64,000 bases of DNA, from assembly GCA_046462535.1 (NCBI GenBank), contig JBKGVF010000016.1, forward strand, positions 11,363 to 75,362. Direction: 5' to 3'. The translations under genes and the position numbers were made by a program. The notes under the pieces were generated by a model. That model made no database searches, was not told the origin of the DNA, and saw only the letters and a list, made by a program, of their open reading frames with translations. This DNA is from Ignatzschineriaceae bacterium (GTDB taxonomy: Bacteria; Pseudomonadota; Gammaproteobacteria; Cardiobacteriales; Wohlfahrtiimonadaceae). Position 1 is the first letter of the stretch; each line of letters opens with the position of its first letter. Positions 22,694-31,647 of the stretch are shown here, one piece after another.

Positions 22694-22719
22694 AAAAAGG
22701 GGCGGTAATGCCCCTTTTT
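22694..22719. terminator. Bidirectional terminator between the acylase gene and rsmC
   Basis: aaaaaggggc-ggtaat-gcccctttt: a GC-rich stem flanked by an A-run and a T-run, between convergent genes. Confidence 0.85.
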
Positions 22720-22725
22720 CCTCTT

Positions 22726-23787
22726 CTACTCTTTATGAGTTAAACGCAAAATCTTAAATTGTCCATTAAGTGCAATCTCCTCTAAAGATAATCCCGCTTG
22801 ATGGGCGAGCTTCTCAATCGCAATAAAACGATTAACCACAAAATAGGCGACCCCTTGAGGTGCCAATAATCGCTTACAACCGGCGATAAAAGCTTCACTT
22901 AATAGACTTGAGGTGCTAAATCCTTGATGAAATGGAGGATTTGATAGGAGGGTATCGATAGAGCCATCGGGAAGTCTGGCCGCTACATCATCAACAGATA
23001 GATACCCATCGATACCATGTTTTTGAAAGTTCTCTGATGTTGCCTCGATAGCAGTAATACTATTATCGGTAGCATAAAGTTGAGTATATCCCCCTATCTT
23101 AGCTGCCATAAGAGCTAAATACCCATAACCACACCCTAAATCTAATACTCTTCCCCTTAATGCTCGCTTCTGCTCTATCAAAGTCTCAATCAGAAAACGA
23201 CTCCCCTTATCTACCTGTCGATACCCATAAATTCCTGGTTTACTTACTACTGTTAATTCATCGGAGATCGGCAAAGAGATCTTCTCAAAATAGGCAGCTG
23301 CAGCCTCCTCTTTGTAAGATTCTGCTACAGTGAATCGGGCATAGCGTAACCCCTTCCCTAAAAGTTTCTGCTCTTTTAGTGGGCCGATAACCTGCTCTGC
23401 CTCCTTGAATAAGCGCTTTACCCCCTCCTGATTATATCCAGTAATCACTACCTCACCCCCCTTCTTTACTAAGTAGGGGGCACCATAAAGAAGATGGTTA
23501 CGTAATCGCTTTGATTTAGGTAGTCGTAAGAGCAGATAATCATATCCAGCTGTCGGTAACTCTTGCAGTTTAAAATCCGACAGAATTACCCGCTCCTCTC
23601 CTATTACCTTCGCTGCTGCGGCTGTAATATCGCAACGATTACTTAAAATTGTTAAATCATAACCGGCAATCGCTGATGGAAGCGCAATCCCCTCATCAGC
23701 TAATAGAATGCCCCGCCCCGTTAATGGCTCTGTACGATAGAAGAGCGCTTCACTCGCCCGCTCTTCCTCACTCCTCATCTTCCTCAT
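22726..23787 (-). CDS. rsmC: 16S rRNA m2G1207 methyltransferase RsmC-type
   Basis: 353 aa two-domain methyltransferase. SAM motif VLDLGCGYGYLAL and the NPPF-type motif LLSNPPFHQG. RlmG cannot be strictly excluded without a search. Confidence 0.7.
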   Translation of the reverse strand: MRKMRSEEERASEALFYRTEPLTGRGILLADEGIALPSAIAGYDLTILSNRCDITAAAAKVIGEERVILSDFKLQELPTAGYDYLLLRLPKSKRLRNHLLYGAPYLVKKGGEVVITGYNQEGVKRLFKEAEQVIGPLKEQKLLGKGLRYARFTVAESYKEEAAAAYFEKISLPISDELTVVSKPGIYGYRQVDKGSRFLIETLIEQKRALRGRVLDLGCGYGYLALMAAKIGGYTQLYATDNSITAIEATSENFQKHGIDGYLSVDDVAARLPDGSIDTLLSNPPFHQGFSTSSLLSEAFIAGCKRLLAPQGVAYFVVNRFIAIEKLAHQAGLSLEEIALNGQFKILRLTHKE

Positions 23788-24485
23788 TGCACAATCTCCT
23801 CCTGCTCCCGCACTGTTAATGGGCGATACTCACCCTCATTTAATCCCTCTAAAGTGATATTCCCCACTTGATAACGGTGAAGAGCTACCACCCGATTGCC
23901 AACCGCTGCCAACATTCGCTTAACCTGGTGATATCGCCCTTCTGTAATTACAAGCTCAATAACCTGCTCTTCTAGCTGCTCTACCTTCGCAGGCAATGTT
24001 AACGCCTCCTCACCATGTAGTTTAACCCCCTTCTCTAAGGCAGCAATCATCTCCGCTGTTATCGGCTGCTGCGTTGTCACCCGATACCCCTTCTCCACCC
24101 CACTCTTTGGGTGAGTAATTTTATGGGACCAATCACCATCATCGGTAAGAAGCAGAAGACCTGTAGTATCTGCATCTAAACGCCCAGCAATGTGTAACTC
24201 AGAGGCTCGCTCCAGCTCTAAGAGTCGAAAGAGTGAAGGATACCCATCATCTCGATGGCTCGAAACATACCCAGCAGGCTTATAGAGTAAGTAGTAGCGA
24301 GGCGCTAAATTAAGGGTAAGGGGCGCCCCATTGAGGGTCACCTGATCAACCATTAAATCCACCAACTGCCCTCCACTGCGCACTCGAACTCCATTAAGTA
24401 GAACAACCTCGGAACGAAGAAGCCGTTTAGCATCTCGTCGAGAGACTAAACGGCTCTTCTGTATCAAGTGATCTAATCGCATCAT
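23784..24485 (-). CDS. rsuA: 16S rRNA pseudouridine(516) synthase
   Basis: 233 aa with an S4 domain. AGRLDADTTGLLLLTDDG catalytic motif, EGRYHQVKRM, and end-to-end resemblance to E. coli RsuA. Confidence 0.85.
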   Translation of the reverse strand: MMRLDHLIQKSRLVSRRDAKRLLRSEVVLLNGVRVRSGGQLVDLMVDQVTLNGAPLTLNLAPRYYLLYKPAGYVSSHRDDGYPSLFRLLELERASELHIAGRLDADTTGLLLLTDDGDWSHKITHPKSGVEKGYRVTTQQPITAEMIAALEKGVKLHGEEALTLPAKVEQLEEQVIELVITEGRYHQVKRMLAAVGNRVVALHRYQVGNITLEGLNEGEYRPLTVREQEEIVQ

Positions 24486-24489
24486 GACC

Positions 24490-26223
24490 TTAATCAGCAG
24501 TAACGCGCATCAACTCTTCGATACTAGTAATTCCTTCAACTACTTTGAGAATACCCGATTTACGGATACTATTAATTCCTTCACGCTCTGCCTGATCAGC
24601 TAACTCTGGGCCACTGGCATTATCAAGAATCATCCGCTCTGTTGTATCAGAGATCGGCATTACTTCATAGATACCGACACGCCCTTTATAACCGCGGGTA
24701 CATTGATCACACCCAACAGGCCCGTAGATACGCGCAGACGCCTGCATACGTGTAAATCCTAGTCGCACAAGGTGCTCTGTATCATAGGTCACCTCTTCTT
24801 TACAATGGTTACAGAGACGACGTGCTAATCGTTGCGCAATAATTAGATGAACAGTAGAGGCAATATTGAAGGTCTCCACCCCCATATTAATTAGACGCGT
24901 TAATGTTTCGGGCGCTGAGTTAGTATGGAGCGTTGACAGTACTAAGTGTCCTGTTTGAGCCGCTTTGATCGCAATATCAGCAGTCTCAAGGTCACGAATC
25001 TCCCCAACCATAATGACATCAGGGTCCTGTCGTAAAAAGGAGCGAAGTGCCTCCGCAAATGTTAATCCAATTGCAGGATTAACCGGTACCTGATTGATCC
25101 CCTCTAAGTTAATCTCAACAGGATCTTCTGCCGTAGAGAGGTTGGTCGTGGGCTGATTTAAGATTCCCATACAGGTGTAGAGGGTAACTGTTTTACCCGA
25201 CCCAGTGGGCCCTGTGACCAGAATCATCCCCTGCGGCTTCTCAATCGCCTCTAAAATAGCGGCCTTTTGGTCATCTTCAAATCCTAAAATATCGATATTA
25301 AGGCTTGCCGCTGAGCTATCGAGAATACGCATCACCACCTTCTCACCCCAAAGGGTTGGGAGGATACTGATACGGAAATCAATAACCTTTCCATTATGTA
25401 CTACCTTGATGCGCCCATCTTGAGGTAAACGACGCTCAGTAATATCTAACTGTGACATTACCTTAATTCGCGCCGCAAGCTGAGTACGATACTCCTCAGG
25501 GGGGCGATACATCTCCTGTAGTACACCATCAATTCTAAAGCGAACTCGATAGGAGTGCTCATAAGGCTCAAAGTGTAAGTCTGATGCTCCACGATCGATG
25601 GCATCTGCTAAAACCCCATTAATAAATTGAACAAGAGGGACATCATCTTTAGAGCCGGCAAGATTGATAACGACACTCTCCTCATCGGCCGCTCGTTGCG
25701 CTAATGCCTCTTCGGCAGCAGTAGGCTCCTCCCCCTCCTTCTTCTTAAAGATATTCTGCAGCGCCTCACGATCAGTCCCCCCTAGGGATTCCATAACCGC
25801 CGCTAAATGGCGCGCTTCAACTAAGATGGGCTCAACAATGACCCGCTCACGAAGACGAATCTTCTCTAATGCCGATAGGTTGGTAGGATCCACAATCGCC
25901 ACATAGATGACCCCCTGATTCTTATAGAGGGGAAAGATGTAATGACGCTCCATCTCATCCCGTGGCAATATCTTACGTAATCCATCAGGATCGATGGTTA
26001 AATCCATCGAGCGCGGATCGAAGATAGGAAGTCGCGAGAGGCGACTAGCATGCTTTAATAGCTGTTCACTGGAGACCCCCGCCTCTAAAAGAGCCTGTAC
26101 TAAACTGGGCTTCTTCTCATAGTTGATGGAGATCTTCTCTAATAGTTTCTGATCGATCTCTTGTAGCTCAAGCATCGATGCGATAAGACGATTACTCTTA
26201 AGCTTCTCTAATATATCACCCAC
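24490..26223 (-). CDS. pilB: Type IV pilus assembly ATPase PilB (GspE family)
   Basis: 577 aa. Walker A GPTGSGKT, Asp box, His box, and tetracysteine motif CNHC...CDQC. Only 4 bp separate its stop from the rsuA start. Confidence 0.93.
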   Translation of the reverse strand: MGDILEKLKSNRLIASMLELQEIDQKLLEKISINYEKKPSLVQALLEAGVSSEQLLKHASRLSRLPIFDPRSMDLTIDPDGLRKILPRDEMERHYIFPLYKNQGVIYVAIVDPTNLSALEKIRLRERVIVEPILVEARHLAAVMESLGGTDREALQNIFKKKEGEEPTAAEEALAQRAADEESVVINLAGSKDDVPLVQFINGVLADAIDRGASDLHFEPYEHSYRVRFRIDGVLQEMYRPPEEYRTQLAARIKVMSQLDITERRLPQDGRIKVVHNGKVIDFRISILPTLWGEKVVMRILDSSAASLNIDILGFEDDQKAAILEAIEKPQGMILVTGPTGSGKTVTLYTCMGILNQPTTNLSTAEDPVEINLEGINQVPVNPAIGLTFAEALRSFLRQDPDVIMVGEIRDLETADIAIKAAQTGHLVLSTLHTNSAPETLTRLINMGVETFNIASTVHLIIAQRLARRLCNHCKEEVTYDTEHLVRLGFTRMQASARIYGPVGCDQCTRGYKGRVGIYEVMPISDTTERMILDNASGPELADQAEREGINSIRKSGILKVVEGITSIEELMRVTAD

Positions 26224-26440
26224 AATTCTTCCTTCCTTTCACTAATAACGTAGTACTCCTACGCCTCTATTCACCCGCTCAAGTGATGAGTAAGGGGTGA
26301 AATCTACTGACTATAACGATACCTATAAATTCTGATTATTATACGTTAATCCCCCCCAATAGGCTATATAATCACCTTAAGGATTATGTTAGAATTGAGC
26401 ATTAATTAACTTACAGCAAGGAGCGTACACGCACTCAACT

Positions 26441-27436
26441 ATGCAGATAGTCAAAATCGAATTTCCTAATGATGATAACGCCCGCCTCTCTAATCTTTGT
26501 GGTTACCTCGACGAGCATCTCCGCCTAATAGAGGGGCGCTGCGCAGTTGAGATTGCCAATCGTGGTGCCCTCTTCCAAATTAGTGGTGAAAAGGGGGATG
26601 TTGCCCGGGCTAAAGGGGTATTAGAGACCCTCTATCGCCAAACAGAAGAGGAGCTATTAAGCCCTAATGATGTTCATCTTGTCATTACCGACTACCTCTC
26701 TACCCCCGACGAGAGTGCGCCCCAACCGGATGGCCGCTCAATTAAGACCAAGCGGCGCCTTATCCGAGGACGGGGATTTAATCAGCGACGCTATCTTGAG
26801 AATATCGCTAATAATGATATTAACTTCGGTATTGGCCCGGCAGGAACAGGAAAGACTTTTTTAGCCGTCGCTGCTGCAGTAGAGGCTTTAGAGAAGGGGG
26901 CTGTACGCCGTCTAATATTAGTTCGCCCCGCTGTAGAGGCTGGTGAAAAGTTAGGATTTCTTCCTGGTGACTTGGTGGATAAGGTAGATCCCTATCTGCG
27001 CCCTCTATACGATGCGCTCTATGAGATGTTAGGATTTGAGCTTGTTGGCAAACTAATTGAACAACATACCATTGAGATTGCTCCACTTGCTTTTATGCGT
27101 GGCCGCACCCTTAATGATGCCTTTATTATTCTTGATGAAGCACAAAACACCACAATTGAGCAGATGAAGATGTTTCTTACCCGAATCGGCTTTGGCTCAA
27201 CCGCTATCATCACAGGCGACGTATCACAGGTGGACCTTCCACGTCATATCACCTCAGGCTTAAAGCATGCCATCACCATCTTAGAGGAGGTTGCGGGAAT
27301 CTCTATCACACAATTCTCTACCGCCGATGTGGTGCGTCACCCCTTAGTGGCAAAGATTATCACCGCCTATGAGCGTGCTGATGAGAGAGGCGAGCATCCC
27401 GAAAAACCGGAAGGTCCTCGCGTGGTCTCACAATGA
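26441..27436 (+). CDS. ybeZ: PhoH-like ATPase (YbeZ)
   Basis: 331 aa. Walker A GPAGTGKTFLA and DEAQN. Upstream of ybeY with a 4-bp overlap. Confidence 0.9.
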   Translation: MQIVKIEFPNDDNARLSNLCGYLDEHLRLIEGRCAVEIANRGALFQISGEKGDVARAKGVLETLYRQTEEELLSPNDVHLVITDYLSTPDESAPQPDGRSIKTKRRLIRGRGFNQRRYLENIANNDINFGIGPAGTGKTFLAVAAAVEALEKGAVRRLILVRPAVEAGEKLGFLPGDLVDKVDPYLRPLYDALYEMLGFELVGKLIEQHTIEIAPLAFMRGRTLNDAFIILDEAQNTTIEQMKMFLTRIGFGSTAIITGDVSQVDLPRHITSGLKHAITILEEVAGISITQFSTADVVRHPLVAKIITAYERADERGEHPEKPEGPRVVSQ

Positions 27437-27975
27437 GTAACACCCCCATGACGCCCCTCATTAGCCCCCATCTCTCAACCCCTTTTCAGCATCGATATAA
27501 CCCAACGGAGGCCGAGTTAGCCTATTGGTTAGATGAAGCACTGACCTATCTGATAGGGGTTGATGCTCTCCCCGAACCCTTCACCCTAGCTCAATCTGAT
27601 CGCCCCCTTGAGATAGCGATCACCATCCTCTCTAAAGTGGAGATGGCCACCATCAATGGTGAATATCGGCAACAGCCTGAAGCTACTAATGTCCTCTCTT
27701 TTCCTGCTCAAATCCCCCCCTTACCCTTACTTGAAGAGGGGGCCCTCCCCTTTCTTATTGGTGATCTTTTAATCGCAATAGAGGTGGTAGTTGAAGAGGC
27801 CAAAGAGCAGAAAAAACCCCTGAAGCATCACCTTACCCATATGGTAATACATGGTTTTCTCCATCTTTTAGGTTATGATCATATTGACGATGATGAGGCA
27901 GAGGTTATGGAGCAGCTTGAGCGGGAGATTTTAGCTCAATTAGCAATTGCTGATCCCTATCGCCCCATCTACTAA
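27433..27975 (+). CDS. ybeY: rRNA maturation endoribonuclease YbeY
   Basis: 180 aa with the metal-binding motif HGFLHLLGYDH. Confidence 0.92.
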   Translation: MSNTPMTPLISPHLSTPFQHRYNPTEAELAYWLDEALTYLIGVDALPEPFTLAQSDRPLEIAITILSKVEMATINGEYRQQPEATNVLSFPAQIPPLPLLEEGALPFLIGDLLIAIEVVVEEAKEQKKPLKHHLTHMVIHGFLHLLGYDHIDDDEAEVMEQLEREILAQLAIADPYRPIY

Positions 27976-28031
27976 TCTTTCCTCTATACTTACTTAGTTG
28001 AGCCACTATTTAATCGATTAGGAGTCCTAAA

Positions 28032-28577
28032 ATGAATGATACAATCCAACAACCGAGCGAAGCTAAGCGGGGGGTAATGCCACTACTCATTACGTGGATC
28101 GCCCTCTTTGCCTTTACCATTATGTTTTCACGCCCCTCAACCATTGCCCCTGTATCGGTCTTAGGTGTCTTTACCCTACTTGGAGGGAGCGCACTGATCA
28201 AAGAGCGTCCAGAGATGCGCTCAACAGCATTAGTCATGATGGGGATTGCGACTCTATTTCTACTCTTTATCTTTATTCACACCATGTATCTAGGGGTAAC
28301 CCTACGTAATCTCTTTGCAATAGAGGCCTCTTCACTATTTATCACCCTCTTCTACCCCTTAGCTTTCTTAAATTCAGCCGCCTTTATGGCTATCGGATTA
28401 GGGCTTTTTAAACAGATCTCCACTTTAAAGGGGGCATTAATCACCCTCTTCCTCTCTGCAGCACTCTTTGCCGCCCTCTTCTTTGGCATTCGCACCCTAA
28501 TCGATACCTTTATTGTGGTTAAGGTAAAATATCTCTTTGTACCTGAGCTCTACCAATCGATTCACCGCCTCCTTTAA
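28032..28577 (+). CDS. Hypothetical polytopic membrane protein
   Basis: 181 aa with about 5 hydrophobic segments and no motif I recognise. Occupies the slot where corC(ybeX)/lnt usually follow ybeY. Confidence 0.5.
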   Translation: MNDTIQQPSEAKRGVMPLLITWIALFAFTIMFSRPSTIAPVSVLGVFTLLGGSALIKERPEMRSTALVMMGIATLFLLFIFIHTMYLGVTLRNLFAIEASSLFITLFYPLAFLNSAAFMAIGLGLFKQISTLKGALITLFLSAALFAALFFGIRTLIDTFIVVKVKYLFVPELYQSIHRLL

Positions 28578-28589
28578 TCACAATAGAGG

Positions 28590-29552
28590 CTACGGCTTAC
28601 GGGCGTGCAATACCGCCCGCAATGGGGCAGGATGCCCTTCAATCGTGCGTGTTGAATCATTCGGATCAAGAAAGTCGGCTAACGAAAGATAGGTCATCCA
28701 CTCAGTTGAGCGCTGCTCATCAACCGTTGTTGGGGTCAGATCTAATAACTCAACTTCTGTAAAACCGACTCGCTCAAGCCAAACGGTTAATGCCGCAACG
28801 GAAGGGATAAACCAAACATTGCGCATCTGTGCGTAACGATCTTCGGGCATTAATACCGCCTCTCTCCCCCCATCAATCACTAACGTCTCTAAAAGCAATT
28901 CCCCACCAGAGCGTAATGTCTCTTTCAGCTGATAAAGGTGATCAATTGGTGAGCGGCGATGATAGAAGACACCCATCGAAAAGGTTAAATCGAAACGCTC
29001 AATCTCCTTAGGCAGTGCCTCTAATGGGAGAGGCAATTGCCAGATAGGGGTCTCCTGTGGTAGATATCGGCGAACCGCTAAGAATTGGTAGAGAAAGAGC
29101 CAGTTAGGATCAACCCCAATCACACTCTTTGCCCCAGCCCCTAACATGCGAAATCCGTAGTAACCATTCCCACACCCAACATCGAGAATATTCTTCTGCT
29201 TAAAATCGATATGGGGAGCCACGCGATCCCACTTCAAGTTAGAGCGCCACTCAGTATCCACCTCTACCCCAGCAAAATGGAAGGGCCCCTTCCGCCAAGG
29301 CATCAATCCTTGGAGTGCGCTTCTCATCCTCTCTTCGGGTGCCCTCCCCAATAGATGAACCCCCTTCGTGAGATCAATGGTTAAATTCTCAATAGTGGGC
29401 AGGTCAGATAATGCATGCTCCCAGCGAGGGGAATCCCCATGCTTTCGCGCTAAGGGTTCCGCTAAAATCTCAGGTAACTTCTCTGTCCATACACGAAAAT
29501 CACTCTGATGAAAAAAATTAAGTAACTCAGGAAGATAGATCTGCTCTCTCAT
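28590..29552 (-). CDS. cmoB: tRNA U34 carboxymethyltransferase
   Basis: 320 aa. SAM-MTase motif [11 protein letters not shown] and WRKGPF near the N-terminus. Follows cmoA. Confidence 0.88.
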   Translation of the reverse strand: MREQIYLPELLNFFHQSDFRVWTEKLPEILAEPLARKHGDSPRWEHALSDLPTIENLTIDLTKGVHLLGRAPEERMRSALQGLMPWRKGPFHFAGVEVDTEWRSNLKWDRVAPHIDFKQKNILDVGCGNGYYGFRMLGAGAKSVIGVDPNWLFLYQFLAVRRYLPQETPIWQLPLPLEALPKEIERFDLTFSMGVFYHRRSPIDHLYQLKETLRSGGELLLETLVIDGGREAVLMPEDRYAQMRNVWFIPSVAALTVWLERVGFTEVELLDLTPTTVDEQRSTEWMTYLSLADFLDPNDSTRTIEGHPAPLRAVLHARKP

Positions 29553-29608
29553 ATTGATCCTTTAGTCAGTAACGATTCGATTAATACATCTCGTCAGCAC
29601 AAAACCCT

Positions 29609-30379
29609 CTAAGCAATCGCAATAATGGAGGCAAAATTGAGACATTGAAACCAGAGATAAACCTCCCTAAATCCCGCCTCTAACAGGCGCGCTTTATGCT
29701 CCTCAAAAGTATCAATCTTCATCACATCCTCAAGGGATTCTCGCTTCTGAGCAATCTCTAACTCTGAATAACCATTAGCACGCTTAAACTCAAGATGGAG
29801 CTCATTTAAAAAATGGTGCTGCTTTGCATCATGAAAGCGTAATTTCTCAGAAAGGAAGAGTGCTCCTCCACCCCGAAGACTCTGCTGCAGACGCTTCAGT
29901 AGTGCTAAACGTTGCTCTCTAGGGATAAATTGGAGGGTAAAATTCATCGCCACAAGTGAGCTAGGCTCATACTCAAAGGTTGCGATATCCGCCTCAATCA
30001 CCTCAATAGGTAAGAGCGATTCCACCATCATCTCTTGAGCCTTAAAATACTCTCGAGACTTCTTTACCATCGCCGCTGAATTATCGATAGCGACTACACG
30101 GCAATTATGGGCGGTCACCGCACTGCGTAACACCATCGAGACAGCTCCAAGTGAACTTCCCAAATCGTAAAGAATACTATTTTCTCGTGCAAAAAGGGGG
30201 GCTAAATTACCAATATTTTCAACAATGGTTGTATAACCTGCCGCAGAGCGGCGAATCATATCCGGAAAGACCTTAACCACCTCCTCATTAAAGGTGAATC
30301 GCCCCCGCTTTCTTCGCTCTGAATAGATCTGATCCTGCTCACTCTCCTCAAAGAGAAGCTTTATCTCTGGCCGTTCCAC
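29609..30379 (-). CDS. cmoA: Carboxy-S-adenosyl-L-methionine synthase
   Basis: [22 protein letters not shown] parallels E. coli CmoA [22 protein letters not shown]. I prefer the GTG at 30379, preceded by ggagggagaagg, over the ORF caller's TTG at 30421. Confidence 0.88.
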   Translation of the reverse strand: MERPEIKLLFEESEQDQIYSERRKRGRFTFNEEVVKVFPDMIRRSAAGYTTIVENIGNLAPLFARENSILYDLGSSLGAVSMVLRSAVTAHNCRVVAIDNSAAMVKKSREYFKAQEMMVESLLPIEVIEADIATFEYEPSSLVAMNFTLQFIPREQRLALLKRLQQSLRGGGALFLSEKLRFHDAKQHHFLNELHLEFKRANGYSELEIAQKRESLEDVMKIDTFEEHKARLLEAGFREVYLWFQCLNFASIIAIA

Positions 30380-30467
30380 GCGCCTTCTCCCTCCAACTAT
30401 AGATCGCTTACTAATAAACAAAAAGAGCCTAAAAGCTCCCCTTTAGGCCCACCATACCATCACACCA

Positions 30468-31142
30468 TTAGGAACGCTTATTCAATGCCTCTAGCCGCTG
30501 TCGATACTCCGCCTGACACTCTGCTAAGGAGCGTAAGCCACGGTAACGACGCACCTCATTCAGATGGTAGGTTAAGTAACGCCGCTCATCGGCAGAGGCC
30601 ATCGCTAACGCCTCCTCCCGCGAACCGACCAGTTGCCGCCACGGATTCTTAGCCTCGGGGCGCTTAACTGGAGTAATTATAGGATTGAAACCCGGTGGGG
30701 GTAGACTCATCTCTCCGGCAAGAGGATCTTCTAATAATGAATCATCCATCGACTCCTCAAAGGTAGAGTGATCATTAAAGAGCTCATCTTCAAGAGCCTC
30801 CACCTCAAGATTAGCCAAGGTCTCCCCTACCGCTTGCTGCTCCTTAAGATCTACAGAGTGCTCTATCTGATTGAACTCACTCTCCCCCTTCTCCACCACT
30901 GCCCGCAATGCCTTCTGTAGCTCATCGAGCTCCGCCTGCTGACGAAAAGTATTGAGATCCTCCTGTAGCTCACTAAGCTTAAACTCCTTCTCAAGATCAT
31001 TACGAAATGACTCGGTGTAGCCACGCATCTTTCCCACAAAACGTCCCACTGTGCGCACTACTGTAGGGAGGCGCTCAGGACCGATCACAATGAGCGCAAT
31101 GATGAGCAGGAGCACCATCTCCCCAAAGCTAATGCCAAACAT
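30468..31142 (-). CDS. tatB: Twin-arginine translocase subunit TatB (long C-terminal extension)
   Basis: N-terminus MFGISFGEMVLLLIIALIVIGPERLP is the TatB TM/hinge signature. At 224 aa it is longer than the E. coli protein, with an acidic then basic tail. Confidence 0.88.
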   Translation of the reverse strand: MFGISFGEMVLLLIIALIVIGPERLPTVVRTVGRFVGKMRGYTESFRNDLEKEFKLSELQEDLNTFRQQAELDELQKALRAVVEKGESEFNQIEHSVDLKEQQAVGETLANLEVEALEDELFNDHSTFEESMDDSLLEDPLAGEMSLPPPGFNPIITPVKRPEAKNPWRQLVGSREEALAMASADERRYLTYHLNEVRRYRGLRSLAECQAEYRQRLEALNKRS

Positions 31143-31148
31143 AGCGAA

Positions 31149-31388
31149 CTACTTCTTCTCCTCTTCATTAAGATCGCTCTTAACCGTCTCCCCTTCAATA
31201 ATGGAGCTCTCACGATTCTCTAACTGGGCGGTACCCTTTTTACTCTCCTCCTCCCCATCTTTAACGGCATCTTTAAAGCCTTTAACGGCGGAGCCTAAAT
31301 CTTTCCCCATATTACGCAGACGTGAGGTTCCAAAGACTAGCGCAACAATAACTAAAATAATGAGCAACTGCATAGGACCGATTCCCAT
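31149..31388 (-). CDS. tatA: Twin-arginine translocase subunit TatA
   Basis: 79 aa. [26 protein letters not shown]/hinge followed by an amphipathic helix. Confidence 0.92.
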   Translation of the reverse strand: MGIGPMQLLIILVIVALVFGTSRLRNMGKDLGSAVKGFKDAVKDGEEESKKGTAQLENRESSIIEGETVKSDLNEEEKK

Positions 31389-31647
31389 AGCTCTCTCCTT
31401 TCTCCTGTTAATGAATCGATGGATCTGCCGATTGGCACTCCACGCAATCTAAATAGTGACTCTGTTGATAATTTCAACAAACTTAATCGCACCATAATAC
31501 CCTATTTCCCCGCTAAGGATAAGCGCTCTTTCCCAACTTCTTAAAAAGGTTTTACCCCCCTTTTTCTGTTAATTTTCACCGATTCTCCTATAATGAGGAG
31601 TACTCTAATCTAGAAACGATATTCATAGCATATAAAGGATAGTTAAC

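Noticed and set aside
31433-31448. TGGCAC...GCAAT resembling a sigma-54 -24/-12 promoter upstream of gpmI
   Set aside because: The GG-to-GC spacing is two nucleotides short of the TGGCAC-N5-TTGC consensus, and gpmI is not an expected sigma-54 target. Other TGGCAC occurrences in the window lack a properly spaced TTGC.
31051-31452. 133-aa ORF on the + strand spanning the tatB/tatA region
   Set aside because: It is entirely antisense to two well-supported genes and crosses their intergenic gap. The sequence is Ser/Arg/Leu-rich low complexity, typical of shadow ORFs, with no RBS or motif.
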